A DNA stretch of 64,000 nt from Torpedo marmorata (GCA_977017645.1 OZ360227.1:34224001-34288000), one strand, 5' to 3'; positions 47,421-60,810 are shown, counted from the first letter of the stretch. Numbers and translations: made by a program. The notes: generated by a model not told the origin, from the letters alone.

Positions 47421-48494
47421 AACATTCTGGCTCTGATGAAAAGTCATCATGATAAAACATTAACTCTGCTTTCTCTCCAGAACTATTTTGCTTTACTGCT
47501 TTTTTTTTTAAACTAGTAAATGTTGATATCTTTGTGCATTAAATACAAGGTTAATTATTACGCAAAGCCTAAGGCAACACCTAGGGTAGTTTTTATTGCA
47601 AAGGACCAGGAGTACAAGTGTAAAGAAGTCTTGCTCCAGTTGTACTGATGAGACCACAACTTAGTGCTGTCGGAACTTTTGGTCTCCAAACCCAAAATAA
47701 TATGAATGAGAGGAACCTTTAGGATCCCGAGACGATAGACAAGCTGACGATGCTCCCTCTCACAAAAGAGAAGAGTACCATATTTTGGGATTCAAAAAGA
47801 ATCAAGAGTGAAAGTGAAACAGGAAAGTATGCTTAAAGATCATTGCAAAGACATCATGAACATTTCCAACATTCTTAAGAGGGTGGTGGAGTGAGCCAGT
47901 AATTTTTTTAATCCATATAGATTGCCATATAGTTACCCTCTACATTTAACCACTCCTTGGTTGGTAGCACTCCTCCCTCCAAATTGGTTGTGAATTCAAA
48001 TGCTGGTTAAAAGGCTCATAGTTCAATAATGGGGCAATACTCCATAGTGGCAGATGCCAACTTTCTAATCAAATGGCATTTTGTAAGAGACCTGGAGAGT
48101 GATATTTGTTCTTCAACCAACACCTACACATAATCTGGTCACATTACTATCGGTTGAAACTTGGCTGCTGTATTTCTAAAGCACAAGAGTGACCATATTT
48201 TAAAAGTATTTCATTGGCAATGAAATGTTTTGTAAGTTCACCAATGGCACTTTGCAAATCTCCGTCTTTTCACACATCAGACAAGGGCACAGTGCAGCTG
48301 CGATGCATGTTAGAGTTAAATAAATTGACAGCGTCCAATGCAAACACTCACAAGCGCAAAATGATAGGCAGTAATTCAGTGAAATAATTTGGAAATGCAA
48401 GGATATTTCTATGTAAAATTTAAAAGCTATTATTAGCTCAATTAAAATGATAAAAAATTAAAAGGATTCTACTTAAAGCAGATCTATTACTGAC

Positions 48495-48616
48495 CTGCAA
48501 GGAGGAGAGGTTTTCTTCGGAACAGGAGTCCATATTTGTGCGTTTGACAACTACCATGTTACCAGATGGGATGTGCTTGGCCAGGTTCACAGTGGTTAAA
48601 TTACTAAAACTCTTTC
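48495..48616 (-). CDS. STRADB: STRADB exon 5 (122 nt): (G)KSFSNLTTVNLAKHIPSGNMVVVKRTNMDSCSEENLSSLQ
   Basis: Kinase subdomains I-III, similar to recalled human GRGFDNLTSVHLARH. CAG/GTCAGT junctions. Confidence 0.95.
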
Positions 48617-50353
48617 CTGACAAACAAGATAAGCAGATAAAGACAATTATTGATTCTTAGCTGCTACTGTCATATTAAAATCGAAGGAAAATTAGTGCAG
48701 TTAAATCAGAAAATCAATAAGAATGCAAGAAACTCAAGAGTCTCGAATTATTTTGCAGATATATGGTATAGACGACACTTGCTTCTTGTCTCCTAATTTC
48801 AAAGTATCATCTTCCAATGCGTAAGCTATGGATATTCCGAATTATTATCCCTTTAAGCCAATAAATTCAATTTCTTGGTATCTGCTTTTGTCGTTTTAAT
48901 TCATTGATTAAGCTTATAAACATTTTATAGTTTTGCAATAAAACTTCCATATAGTTGAATAATAAAGCATTTACGGTATTTAAGAGATACAAAAACATTT
49001 AAAGAGATGGAAAAATAATTCAAAGAAAATATGTCTCATGCTCACTCATGGTTCACATCTCGTCGAATGCTTGCAAAAGTCTCCCCTGGGCGGATATTAC
49101 GATATATTACATCATAATCATTATAGTAACACTACAAACAATAGTTCCCTTAAAGAGACAGGCATATAATTAACTAAGAGTCAAAACACGAGTTTTAACC
49201 TTTACATATGGTTTGAAATAACACAAGTCCTAACAGACTTCTATTTGTCAAGCACAAAGGAAATATACTAACAAATATTTTAATGCAAAATATTAGAACA
49301 CCCACAGATAACACCGTTGTAGCCGCCACCATTAGGGATGGCATTCATTTTTACAATAACTCATGGCCAAACACAATTTGTATTTCTCAGACAAACCAAG
49401 CTGACATACCAGTGCAGCTTGGAGACATGCTTGGAGAATGCTGCACAAACTGATAAGTTGCTTTTGGGTGACATTAAATAGAGACTTTAGCGATCCCCTT
49501 GCATGCAAGATCCCACCAGATTGATCAAAGAAGAGTTGGGGAGTTTGCTTCGATACATCGGACAAATTATCCTTCACCAACATCAATCAAATCCATTCAT
49601 TATCTCCAATTTTGGCCCAAAATGTCGACCATTCTTTTTCTCCCACAGATGCTGCTTGTCCTGCTGATTTCCTCCAGCAGTGTGTTTAACTTCAGATTCC
49701 AGCATCTGTAATCTCCTGAATGAGTAAAGGAGTTTTCCTGGAGTATAGGATCAATATTTACCTCCAAAACAACAGTAATAAAATCGATTAATTGGTCATT
49801 TACTCCAGTCATTTATGACATCCAAAATCTGCACAAAAATTGTTTCCCACATCTGAACATTTGATTTTAACATCTGAAGGATGTGACATGATGCCATACA
49901 AATTCCTTACAAATCTAGTATGTGATTTGTTAAATCCTTCCCTCTCAATTTCCCAGCACTTTCAATCAACCACTTGAGGCAACTGTATCTAATTTACATT
50001 TTCAGGCAGCCCACCATATCTGTATACAAAAATTAAAAAAAATATTGAATTTCTCATGAGACATTGAGCATATTTGCAAACAAAGATTTGGGGAGCAAAC
50101 AAGAACAGGATTAGATAGATCATACAACAGTGCAGTGGAGCTGAGGAACAGGCCCTTCAGCCTAGGATGTCGGTGCCAACTACAATACCAATTTAAACTG
50201 GCCCATTTCCACACTGCACAACTCTGTGTCTTCTGAAGAAAACACAAGTTGGGCCAAATGACGCGTTTCCACGTTTCGATGTTCTACACCTCTGTGTTCA
50301 GGAGTGTCTGTGAGGCCATCATCAAATAAACATAATTCAGCACGTATATTTAC

Positions 50354-50450
50354 CTAGTTCACATAGAAGCTCGTAGTGACTGGCATTGGTTGTGTATATC
50401 ATCTTCTCATTTTGCAGGGATCTCCGAGAACGTGTGAAAAATCCATTTTT
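50354..50450 (-). CDS. STRADB: STRADB exon 4 (97 nt): KNGFFTRSRRSLQNEKMIYTTNASHYELLCEL(G)
   Basis: TNASHYEL...G resembles human STNVSHYELQVEIG. TAG acceptor and GTAA donor, phase 0 to 1. Confidence 0.9.
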
Positions 50451-50569
50451 CTATATAGCGGAAAAGCATAATAATGGATGAACACCAGCTCAGGTCAAGA
50501 ACAAAAGTGGTTGCATTTACTCGAGTGAATTAGTCTTGTATGGATCAAAAGTTGAACAGTCAGAGGTAA

Positions 50570-51090
50570 GGTTCAAGATTCCTTTTATTGTCACGTAATA
50601 AAACATTAAAAATGTAACTTTTGCCTGCCGTGAGGCAGAGAAAGTGTCACCATTAGTATTGTCTGATGCCCCTTGTAGTACGAGAGAAAGAGAAGAAAAA
50701 GAGTCCCTTCAGAGTCACTGAGTGTCCATGGATTCGCCTCCAGTGCTCCCACAGCCTCTGCAGCCGGACAGACTCCTGTTCAATTCATCGGCAACCTGAG
50801 CTCCAGATGCAAACCTCCGACATGATCAGAAAGTCTTCAGTGCCAGATGTCCTTCGGGAGCCCTTCTTGCATTCAACACCTTCTCGAATTCCGGCTCTGG
50901 TATCTGGTTCCCATGAGCCAGTGTCCAGCAGCTCACAGCCTGTGCGAGTCCCCCGACCGTAAGTTACCTGCAGCCTGTATGGGTCCCTCAGCCAGTTAGC
51001 CCCTCGCTGGTCTGCTGCCGTGGACACCTTCCCTGTGGGGTCGTTTCCCATGCTTCTTCTCAACGGAGGGTGTTCTCCCCATTTCTACCA
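50570..51090 (-). repeat. Unclassified LINE-tail or SINE-like interspersed repeat
   Basis: The minus strand ends GACAATAAAAGGAATCTTGAACCTT (Rex/L2-like tail). Relatively GC-rich body with no recognisable ORF. Confidence 0.45.
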
Positions 51091-51228
51091 TGAGGCACCT
51101 TGATTTAACTTACTAAAGTCCATGTAGACAACATCCACTGCCTTGCCCTCATCAACTGCCTTCATTACATTCTCAAAAAAACTCAATTGAATTGATAAAA
51201 CACAACTTGCCCTTCACAAAGCCATGTT

Positions 51229-53039
51229 TTTTTAAAAAAATATTTTATTTAAACTTTTAAATCACACAATACATAGTATAAAAAGTAAAGTTATAAAAAT
51301 ACATGTGATACATTTTCACCCCCCCCCTCCCCAACCCTCCCAACCCCACTAATCTAATAAAAATATAAAATAAAAATATAAAAGTAAAAATAGAAAAAGA
51401 ATAAAAAGAAAGAAAGAGAGAAACAGAGTTAGGGGAATGCCAATTTCTAAACTACTTCTATTATGGAGGTCAAGTATGCCAGTAGACTCAATACCCAGAG
51501 ATCCTCAAATTCTTAAACCAACAGCTTTCATATATGGGCTCCAAATTTTTAAGAAAAAATGATATTTATTACGTAAATTATAAGTGATTTTTTCAAGTGG
51601 TATACACGAGCGAAGTTCTGCATGCCATCTTTCTAATCCAAGATCTAAATCAGATTTCCAAGTAATAGCAATGCATTTCTTTGAAACAGCTAAAGCAATT
51701 AGCAAAAATTCTATTTGATACATGTTTAATTTCATCTTAATACTAAATTTTCTAATATCTCCGAACAAAAATATCATAGGATCCATTGGAAACGTAATTT
51801 TAAATACTTTATCTAAAAAACTTTTAACTTTCAACCAAAACTCATAAACATTTGGACAAAACCATGTAGAATGTACAAAAGATCCTTCTTCTTTATTACA
51901 TCTGAAACATAAACCTGATAATGTCGGATTAAATTTTTTTAATTTTTTAGGTGATAAATATAATTGATGAAAAAAATTGTATTGAACTAATCTATATCTA
52001 ACATTAATAATCTTCGTCATACTTAATTTAAATAATTCTTTCCAATGATTTTCATCTATTCTTACATTCAATTCCAATTCCCATTTTAATCTTGATTTAT
52101 GCAATCCTACTTTAGGCATTTTCCTCTGAAACAATTTATACATTTGAGAAATAAATTTATTAACATCTCCATTAGTAACTAATAATTCTAATTCATTTTG
52201 TCTTGGCAAAATCAAAGCGTAACCTAATTTCTCAATCAAAAAAGCTCTAATTTGATAATAAGCAAAAAGTGTATTATCTAATATATTAAATTTATCTTTC
52301 ATTCTTTGAAAGGTAATAAATTTTCCCGCTTCAAAACAATCATTAATTTTCTTAATTCCTTTTTGAAACCAAATTTTAAATAATTGATTATTAATAGTAA
52401 ATGGAATAAGTTCATTTTGATATAAAGGCATCCTTGAAGAAATCAATCCTTTTGCTCCTATTTCCTTATCTGTCTTATACCATATTTCTAAAAAATGTTT
52501 AAAAATAGGCGAATTTTTCTTTTTTGTTGATATTAATTTAGAATCCCATTTGTAAATAATTTCTTCTTTGGAATCTTCTCCTATATTATTTAATTCTATT
52601 TTAATCCAAGCAGAAGATTTAGTTAAATCAAAAAATTCATTAACAAATTTTAATTGAGCTGCTTTATAATAATTTTGGAAATTAGGAAGTTGTAAACCAC
52701 CCATTTCATAATTCCAAGTTAACTTTTCCATACCTACTCTTGCTAGCTTTCCTTTCCATAAAAATTTTCTAATAATTGAATTTAAATCTTTAAAAAAATT
52801 TTGAGGAATTCCATAAGGAATTGATTGAAAAAGATATTGAATTCTTGGAAAAACATTCATTTTAATACAGTTTACTCTTCCCATTAAAGTTATAGGTAAA
52901 TCTTTCCAGTTTTCTAAATCTTTCTTTATTTTCACAAATAATGGTAAATAATTTAATTTGTATAAATTAGCCAATTTTGTGTCAACCTTTATTCCCAAAT
53001 ATTTAATTCCTTCCTTAGCCCACTTAAATTGTGTAATTC
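51229..53039 (-). mobile_element. 5'-truncated L1 nested in a CR1 fragment (about 51090-53260)
   Basis: Open ORF2 C-terminal half, closely similar to 37940-39471. G-rich tract, AATAAA and A tail. 15-bp TSD TCACAAAGCCATGTT at 51214-51228 and 53040-53054. Flanks are CR1 RT. Confidence 0.92.
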
Positions 53040-53409
53040 TCACAAAGCCATGTTGACGGTCCCGAATCTGACATTGCCTTACCAAATGTGTGCAAATCCT
53101 ATTGCTAAATATCCTTTCCAATAGTTTCCCAACCATTGATGCAAGGCTTACTGGCCTATAATTTCCTGAATTATCCTTTTCCCCTTCTGGAACAAAAGTA
53201 CTGCACTGGTTGCTCTCCAGTCCTCTGGGACCTCTCCTGTCCTGTCGCAGATCTGGGGTAATGTGACCACATTCAGCAGGCACTCCAAAGTTGCACAATT
53301 GCTTTATGAAAGCAGCATGCCAGAATTATTAAATGCAGTCTCATCCTTCCCACCGCTACGAGTTTTGTGTGTTCCTTAGCTACAAAACCAACATCACATT
53401 AAAGATATA

Positions 53410-53900
53410 GTTTACCGCATAAGCTACAAATTATCTAAATTCGAAATTCAATTTGTGCTAGTTGCTTTGTCCGTAGCAAAAAAATGCATAGCAGTCACTT
53501 GGAAGTCCGACTCCTCGATGGTCAGCAGAAATGCACAGCTGTATTCCCATGGAGAAAATTACATATAATCTCAGGAATAGATACGGTACATTTGTAAAGG
53601 TGTGGCAACCATACCTGGAGTATATTGGGGTCCAGTTGTAATTCAAACCCTAAAGTACAATACAATATAGCGTAGAAATATTTAAAGGTGTGGCGCCTCC
53701 AAAAAGATTGAAAAATCAATGTAAGCACTGACGGTACGTTTAGTTTTTAATTTTCTTTCTTTTCTTTTGTATGTTTTATTTTCTTTTTTCAGTTGGGGGA
53801 GGGAGGGAGAGTTTAATGATAATGTTGTATTTTGTTGTAAATTGTATATTTTCTGTTTATATTGTGGACTTAAAAATAAAAAAATAAAATATTCAAAAAA
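53410..53900 (+). mobile_element. Short L1 3' fragment adjacent to the STRADB exon 3 donor
   Basis: AKKCIAVTWKSD...SCIPMEKITYNLRN, AATAAA and A tail. TSD AAAGATATA at 53401-53409 and 53901-53909, preceded by TT. Confidence 0.85.
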
Positions 53901-53915
53901 AAAGATATAACTTAC

Positions 53916-53996
53916 CAGATGGAGACGGTCTGTACTGTCTACCTGGCTTCCAGCATCAATTGGTTCTATTTCTGTCTGTGAAATGCAGGAACAGTC
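53916..53996 (-). CDS. STRADB: STRADB exon 3 (81 nt): DCSCISQTEIEPIDAGSQVDSTDRLHL
   Basis: Same length and DCxC start as the recalled human exon (DCFCTSRTQVESL...). TTTGCAG acceptor and GTAAGT donor. Confidence 0.9.
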
Positions 53997-54829
53997 CTGC
54001 AAAGAGAAAAACAGCAACACTAAAATGGACAATGCAAACTCAGTGTATTAAAAGCTAGATAAGAGGGGGTGGGAGGAAAAGGAGGTGAATTTCTGATGTC
54101 CAAGGTGAATTGCTATATGATTTCAGCACTGAAAACTGCAAATTGGATTAAAGGCATGTGGAAAGAAGTGGGTGATTGTGTCCCACAAATATCAATGTCG
54201 GGACCACACTATTCACAATTTACATTAATGATTTATACTCTGGAATCAAAAAGGCAATATGTAAATCTGCACACGATGAGACCCAAGTTGCAATTTGCGG
54301 AAACCACCAATTCTGCAGCATTAGTCTTCCACTAGATGTTTTGGGCAGAGTTATCAGTGCATGCTGGTATTCTCTCGCACTCTGTGCCAGACACTTGGTC
54401 TGGTCAGTAGAGCGATGGATGGTGCAGTGGATGGGGAGGGGGAAGAGCAAGTGGAAAAACTGATGCTGATGGACCCAGGTCCGTATCTGCAATTGTTAAG
54501 CATAGGTAAAAATGATAGGTACAATAGACTGTCTCTGAAGGTTCAGGGAGGTAGACTACCTGCTAGTGAGATGGAAACCTGAAGCTGGATGCATCAATTA
54601 CTAAAGCTGCAGCACAGGCTGGCAAATCCATAAAAACTAAGCACTGAGATTTGGAGTCAGAAAGATACAGCAAGGAAACAGGTACCAGCCCACATCGAAC
54701 ATCAACCACCTATTTATATTAATCCATTTTTTATTCTCCTGACATTCCCATCAACACGTCCCAGATTTTAATTCTCACCTACACCCTAGCAGCAATTTTA
54801 CAATGCCCAATTAACCCACATGCCTTTAG

Positions 54830-56260
54830 TCCTTCTTAAATAAAGGCACAAAATTAGCCACCTCACCATCTTCCAGTATCTCATCTGTGGCTAAGGAAGA
54901 TACAAAAATCTCTGCTGGGGCCCCTGCAATTTCTTTTCTTGCTTCCTGCAGTGTCCTAGGATATACTTGCCCAGAAATTTATTCACCTTATTGCACCTCA
55001 CCATCACCACCATCTCCTCTTTCATAATGCTGATACGATTCAGGACATTAATGTTCTTTCCCCATGGTAAATACAGATGGGAAGTATTCATTCAAGACGT
55101 CTCCACACGAAGTCTGCCACACCGATCCTTAAAGGGGCCGCTTTTCTCCCCAGTTACTTTTTTTCTTAATATACTTAGAATTCCTTTGGATTCTCCTTTA
55201 CCTTGTCTGCCAGGAATATCTCGTATACCCTTCTACCCTCCTGATTTCCTTAAGTGTACTCCTCAAGGGATTCACTTGATCCCAGCTGTCTATACCTGAT
55301 ATATGCCTCCTCCATTTTTCTCACCAGTCTCAACATCCCTCATCAGCTAGGGTCCCTTATCCTGCCAGATTTGCCCTTCACTCCATCAGGAAGATGATGG
55401 CCCTGAACTCTTCCCATCTCTCTTTTAAAAAGCCTCCCATCTGCCAGACATCCCATTACCTGTCAACAGCCTCTCCCAATCAACCTTTGGATTTTTCTAA
55501 TGACATCAAAATTAGCCGTGCCCGACGTTTGGATTTTAGCTTGCAGATCAGTCCTCTCTCGTTCCAAAAGTACTTTAAAACTAATAGAATTACAATCACT
55601 GGTCACAAGGTGCTCACCGACTAACACTTTAGCCACTTGCCCTGCTTCATTTCACAGTAGGAGGTCAAGTTTTGCTCCCTCTGCAGTAGGGCCATCTGCA
55701 CATTGCTTGTGAAAGCTTCCCTGGTCACATTTAACAAATTTTGCCCCATCCAATCGCTTAGAACTGCACAGCAGTCTCAGTCAGTGGGGAAGATTTTTTT
55801 AAAATCACCTATTACAACCCTATTGTTTTCACAGCTATCTGCAATTTCCTTACATATTTGCTCCTAATTCCCACTGATTATTGGCAGGTCTATAGTACAA
55901 TCCCATCAAAATAATCGCCCCCTTCATATTTCTAAGTTCTACCTATGTGGACTCGCTAAGTATCCTCTCCAAGTACTTCCAAGATAGATCATATAACATT
56001 ACAGCACAGTACAGACCCTTCAGCCCACGATGTTGTGCCGATTTATGTAAATCTACTCCACAACCATCCAATTTTTCCCTATCCCACATCCACAACCCTC
56101 TATTTTTCTTGCATCCATGTGCCTATCTATGAGTCTTTGGAGTGTCTCTATTGTACCAGCCTCCACCATAATTTCAGGCACCCACCACTCTCTGAATAAC
56201 AAAAATAGCTCTGACATCTCAATTGCATCGTGTTCCTCTCATCAAAAATGCAACTCCTCC
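54830..56260 (-). mobile_element. Degraded CR1 LINE fragments
   Basis: Complement of CR1 ORF2 endonuclease/linker, plus a CR1 3' end (ACAGCACAGTACAGACCCTTCAGCCCACGATG) at about 56000. Confidence 0.6.
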
Positions 56261-56871
56261 CCTCATACATCTTCCTCTATCATTGCCTATGCATCTGTAC
56301 CCCAGTTTGATATGCCAGCCTTACCAGTCCCATATGCCTATCAATGTCCTGAAGTCATCTGCTTTACCTGTTATAGCCATATACATTTGTTGAATTTAAT
56401 AATTCAGATAAGGATTCTTCTAATCCCATTTAAACTTCCATGGTTTGTTTCTTCAACCATTACGTTAACACCATAATCCTTTTAATCTCTCCTGTCCTTC
56501 CACACACCTTCCACCCCACCTCCTTTCCCTTCATCTTAAAATTTGCCATCTCTCTTTTCCTCTTCGATGACAAATCATCAAATGGAAATATTTTATTTTC
56601 TTCTCTCTACAGAAATTGTCTGAACCTTTGCATTATTTCCATAATTTCTTATTATATTAAATGGCAGTTTGGTATAACTGAGTGGTATGCCAGGACATTC
56701 AAGAGGATTGTAGGTTATTAAATTAATCCCAAAATGCTCTGATAGGAATTGAACCACATTGTTAATTTTATAATCCAGGCCTATGGATAATGAGTGCCAG
56801 TAATTTAACTTTCGTGGCCGATCCTCAGAAGCGGAAGGCTGCAATTCTGCAATAACTTTGGGTTGACTTAC

Positions 56872-56883
56872 CAAAAAAGACAT
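56872..56883 (-). CDS. STRADB: STRADB start codon exon (exon 2, about 56972-56872), coding MSFL
   Basis: ATG TCT TTT TTG|GTAAGT parallels human MSLL|. Upstream acceptor TTTTGTTTGATCAG at about 56973-56986. Confidence 0.87.
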
Positions 56884-57529
56884 GGAAGCTCCTGATATGA
56901 TTGGTGATTCACATGAGCACAGCAGCCCTGAGAAGAAGAAATACTTGAAGGATGGTCTCCTGCTTTAGATAGCTGATCAAACAAAATCAAGAACATGTGC
57001 ACAATAGATTTTTATGTGGTTCCCTGTGAAATATATCAGGCTACAAAATTTTTGATGCATATCCTCATTTATGAAGTCCTATTCTCTTCTGTCCCTGACC
57101 TTCCTTGATGATGATCCAGCAATGCATTAGATTTTTTAATTCCCTTCCCTGTGTTAATATGCCTCTATTGCTCTGTCACTTTCTTCTTCTAATCTTCTCC
57201 AGCCTTTTTAGAATCTGCATTCCTCCAACTTTGACCTCTCAAGCATCTTCCATTCCATCAATTCAGCTACACCTTTGTTTGCCACATCATGAAACAATGG
57301 AATTATATTACTAAACCTCTCTAATCCCCCTCTCATTTTAAAACCTCTCCTTGTTTAATTCCTCTGATCATTTTTTTAAATGCTTCCTCCCTGGCTTAAT
57401 CAAATTTTGTCTGATTATCATGTGAAGAACATTAGAATGCTTAAAAATAAATTATACACCAAGCTTCTGACAACAGCAATCTGGGCTGGAGTCTTGGTCG
57501 AGAAGTAACCAAGCATGTCCTGTTTGTAT

Positions 57530-59440
57530 ATCTTAAGATAGAGCAGGAGGCCATTCAGCCCATTGAGTCCACTCTGCCATTCCATCATGAGCTGATCCAT
57601 TCTCACATTCAGCCCCACTCCACTGCCTTCTCCCAATAACCTTTGATACTCTGACTATTCAGATAGCTATCAATCTCTGCCTTAAATACACCCAACGACC
57701 TGGCCTCCACAGCTGCCCGTGGCAGCAAATTCCAGAGGTACCCTGCAGTCTTGGGCTCAATGATTTCCCACTGTGCAAAGTAGCTCACTTAGTACGCAGC
57801 AAGTGAACCTGCCACACACCTGGTATATGTGATTAGGTGTAACACCGAAATGAAGCATTTTCCACTGATTTGTGAATCACTGCTATGGACTTACAGAGCT
57901 ATACTGCAGGGAACAGGCCTTCAACCCAACTCATCCACGTTGACCCATTTGGCATTCTGGGCTAGAACCATTTGTTTGCATTTGGTCCAGATTTTTCCTG
58001 TTCATAAATCTGTCCAAATGTCTTTTGAAAGATAAAATTGTAGCCACTTCTATAGTTTCCTCTGGCAGCTCGTTCCACATATGGACCACCCTCTGTGGAA
58101 AAAGTCCCTCTTAAATCTCTTCACTCTCACCTAAAACCTTTGCTCTCTAATTCTAGAGAAAATAAAGACTGTGAACATTCACTTTATGTATGCCCTTCAT
58201 GATTTTATAAATCTCCACAAGTTCACCTCTCAGCCTCCTACATTCCAGGAAATAAAGACCCAGCCTATCCCTATAACTCAAGCCCTGGTAACCTCCTGAT
58301 GAATCTTTTCTGCACCCTTTCCAACTTAATGACTTTTTTTTTCAGGCTAGGTGACTGGAATTACGCACAGAACTCCAACGACTTGTACGGTGTCCCAATT
58401 GTTGTACTCATTTCCCCACCCAATGAAGGCAAGGGTTTCAAACCCCTTCTTCACTACCCTGCCCTGCTGAGTCACCACTTTCAGGGAACCATGCACTTGT
58501 ATTTTTTAGTCCTACAACACTCTCCAGAACTCCAGCATTTACTGTGCAAGTTCAGCCCTGGCCTGACTTATCAAATTGCAGCAGCTCAAATTCTGTTTAC
58601 CATTTCTTGGCCTACTTACCCAACTGATCTTGGTCCAGTTCGAAGCTTAAGATGCCCTTCCTCATTGTCCTCTACACCACGAATTTTGGTGTCATCTGTA
58701 AATTTACTAACCATGTTAATTAACTACATTGTCATCCAATCATTAATATAAATAACAAACAACAGCACAGATCCCTGCAGCACACCATTGGTCACAGGCC
58801 TCCAATCAGAAAAGCAACCCTCCACTACTACCCTCAGACTCCTTCCACTCAGCCCAGTTTGAACCAATTGGCAGGTCACTTTGGATTCCATACGGTCCAA
58901 CCTTCCAGACTAGCATGCCATGCAGCACCTTTGTCAAAGACCTTGTGGAAGCCCAGGCCAATCATGTTCACCACCTTGTCCTCACCGATCCTCTTGGTCA
59001 TCTTTTCGAAATAAAAATGATCAAATCATGAGACAGTTTTCCACACACAAACTCATTCTGACTCCTTAATCATTCTCTTCCTCTCAAAATTCAGGTTGAT
59101 TCTGAAGTTCAGAATCCCCTCCAGCAACTTGTTTAGAAATAGAAATATTTACACAGGAACCAGCCCTTCAGCCCAACATGTCTGTGCTGAACATGATGAC
59201 CACATCAAATCAAAACTCTGCTGCCTACACTTGATAAATATGACTCTATCCCCTTCATATTCAAGCGTCCACCTGAAAGCCTCCTCAATGCTACTATTTC
59301 ATGTACTTCCACCACTACTCTGGCAGCCTGTTCCAGGCACCCACCACTCTCCATATTAAAAAAACTAACGGACATACATATCCCTCACAAGTAAACCTTT
59401 CCTGTGCCCTTTCAAAAGCTTCCACATCCTTCCTGTAATG
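57530..59440 (-). mobile_element. Cluster of degraded CR1 LINE 3'/RT fragments
   Basis: CR1 tails (GGAGCAGGAGGCCATTCAGCCC-like, GGAACAGGCCTTCAACCC, GGAACCAGCCCTTCAGCCC) and complement of the RT region GTGTCATCTGTAAATTTACTAA (SKFTDDT). Confidence 0.65.
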
Positions 59441-60169
59441 GGGTAACAATGTTCCTTTTTACTACAAATTTAGAACTAAATCAAAACTTATTACAGAAAC
59501 AGCTTGCTCACGTTAGTTAGAGTTTTACTGAAAAGTGAAGTTAACATTGTCCCACATGGGCAGTGTTTAATGTTAGCAGAGAAGTCGAAGCTGCTTAAAT
59601 TTGCTGTGTTCTCAATAAATATTGTTATGTTATTAATTTCAGTATCTGCACTTACTAAATAAACTGCATTATTTGCGACGAATATTAACAATATTTAAGA
59701 AACGATCAGTACTCCACAACCTCCTACTTCTCAAGAGATACGCTGGTCTCTTGAAACAGGAATGAACTTTTACTTCCAATCAACCAATCGTAGACTCTGT
59801 AGAGTAAAAACAAAATATTAGGGCACCAACTCTACGTAAAATATATCGATACAGCCACTCCTCCCTCTGCCCCCCACCCATCTCCCCCGGCGCACACAAC
59901 TCTAATGAAATCAGCAACTTGCAGCAATGCAAAAATAAAAGTTAAGATCTTACACGTTGAAAAAGGTTGGCTGTTTGCAAATTTATTTTGCAATTTGCAA
60001 AAATGACTATGATCCATCGCAGGTTCGAATGATATGAGACATTTAAAACTTGTAACACCCTCTCCCCAAAGCGTTAAAAAAAGGAAGCTTCAACACCAAT
60101 TCTCGGCTCTAAATACAGTACTCTGCTTTCTGACGTTTGTCCATGAGTCACTCACTGAGGATCCCCACC

Positions 60170-60810
60170 CCGCCCAGGCCTCGAACCCCATCTTGGGAGG
60201 GAGGAGTATGGCAGATAGAGCAGGGAGGTAAAGCAGGCGAACACCCCGCGCTTCATGAGGGCGCCCCTGCAGTCATCCTGGTCCGCCAAAGGACCGTAGC
60301 TCACCAGGGTCTCCATCTGCTAACCACAGCCCCCACGTCTCTCCCTCTCTCACCTTGACCAGAGAGGGTGCTGGTGGGGGGGGTCTCTCCTTTCCACCCA
60401 CCCCTCCCATCACTTTCTGTGATGTCACAGCCCCCGGCCCAGCGACAGCCAGCAGGCGCCTTCACCCCGCAGATCTCGCGAGAGGAGGCGGTTGTGATTT
60501 GAAGCTGGCGCGCGGTTGGCTGTGGAGTGGTGTCGCCGGACGGAAGATGGCGGAGGGAGGGATGGACGGACAGAGGAGGTGGGAGACGGGTCTCTGGACA
60601 CGAGTTCTAACCGACGCGAAGTCTCGCAGCGTTATTCCCACTCTGCATCCCCGGACAGCTCTCAAAGCTCACCCGGCGGAAAGCATCCCTCACAAGGGGG
60701 CAGAACCCCCTCCATTGACTTGGCAGCCCTGGACTTGCTCATCAAAATGGACCAGCATGAGGTTGCTGACCAGAATAAGGCTCCAGAAAATTAGAAATGA
60801 ATCCCAACGG
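60170..60810. promoter_or_regulatory. CpG-rich, probably bidirectional promoter containing STRADB non-coding exon 1 (minus-strand donor at 60353)
   Basis: High GC and CpG content. TCTCGCGAGA palindrome at 60474-60483 (BANP/ZBTB33-type). CGGAAG ETS overlapping AAGATGGCGG YY1 at 60541-60553. Minus-strand donor CAAG|GTGAGA and plus-strand donor-like ACG|GTAATG at 60810. TRAK2 is head-to-head in mammals. Confidence 0.8.

Noticed and set aside
23037-56883. STRADA or an active STE20 kinase
   Set aside because: The MSFL/DCSC N-terminus, SGVDSGIGES insert and GLH motif fit STRADB. Loss of HRD and DFG excludes an active kinase.
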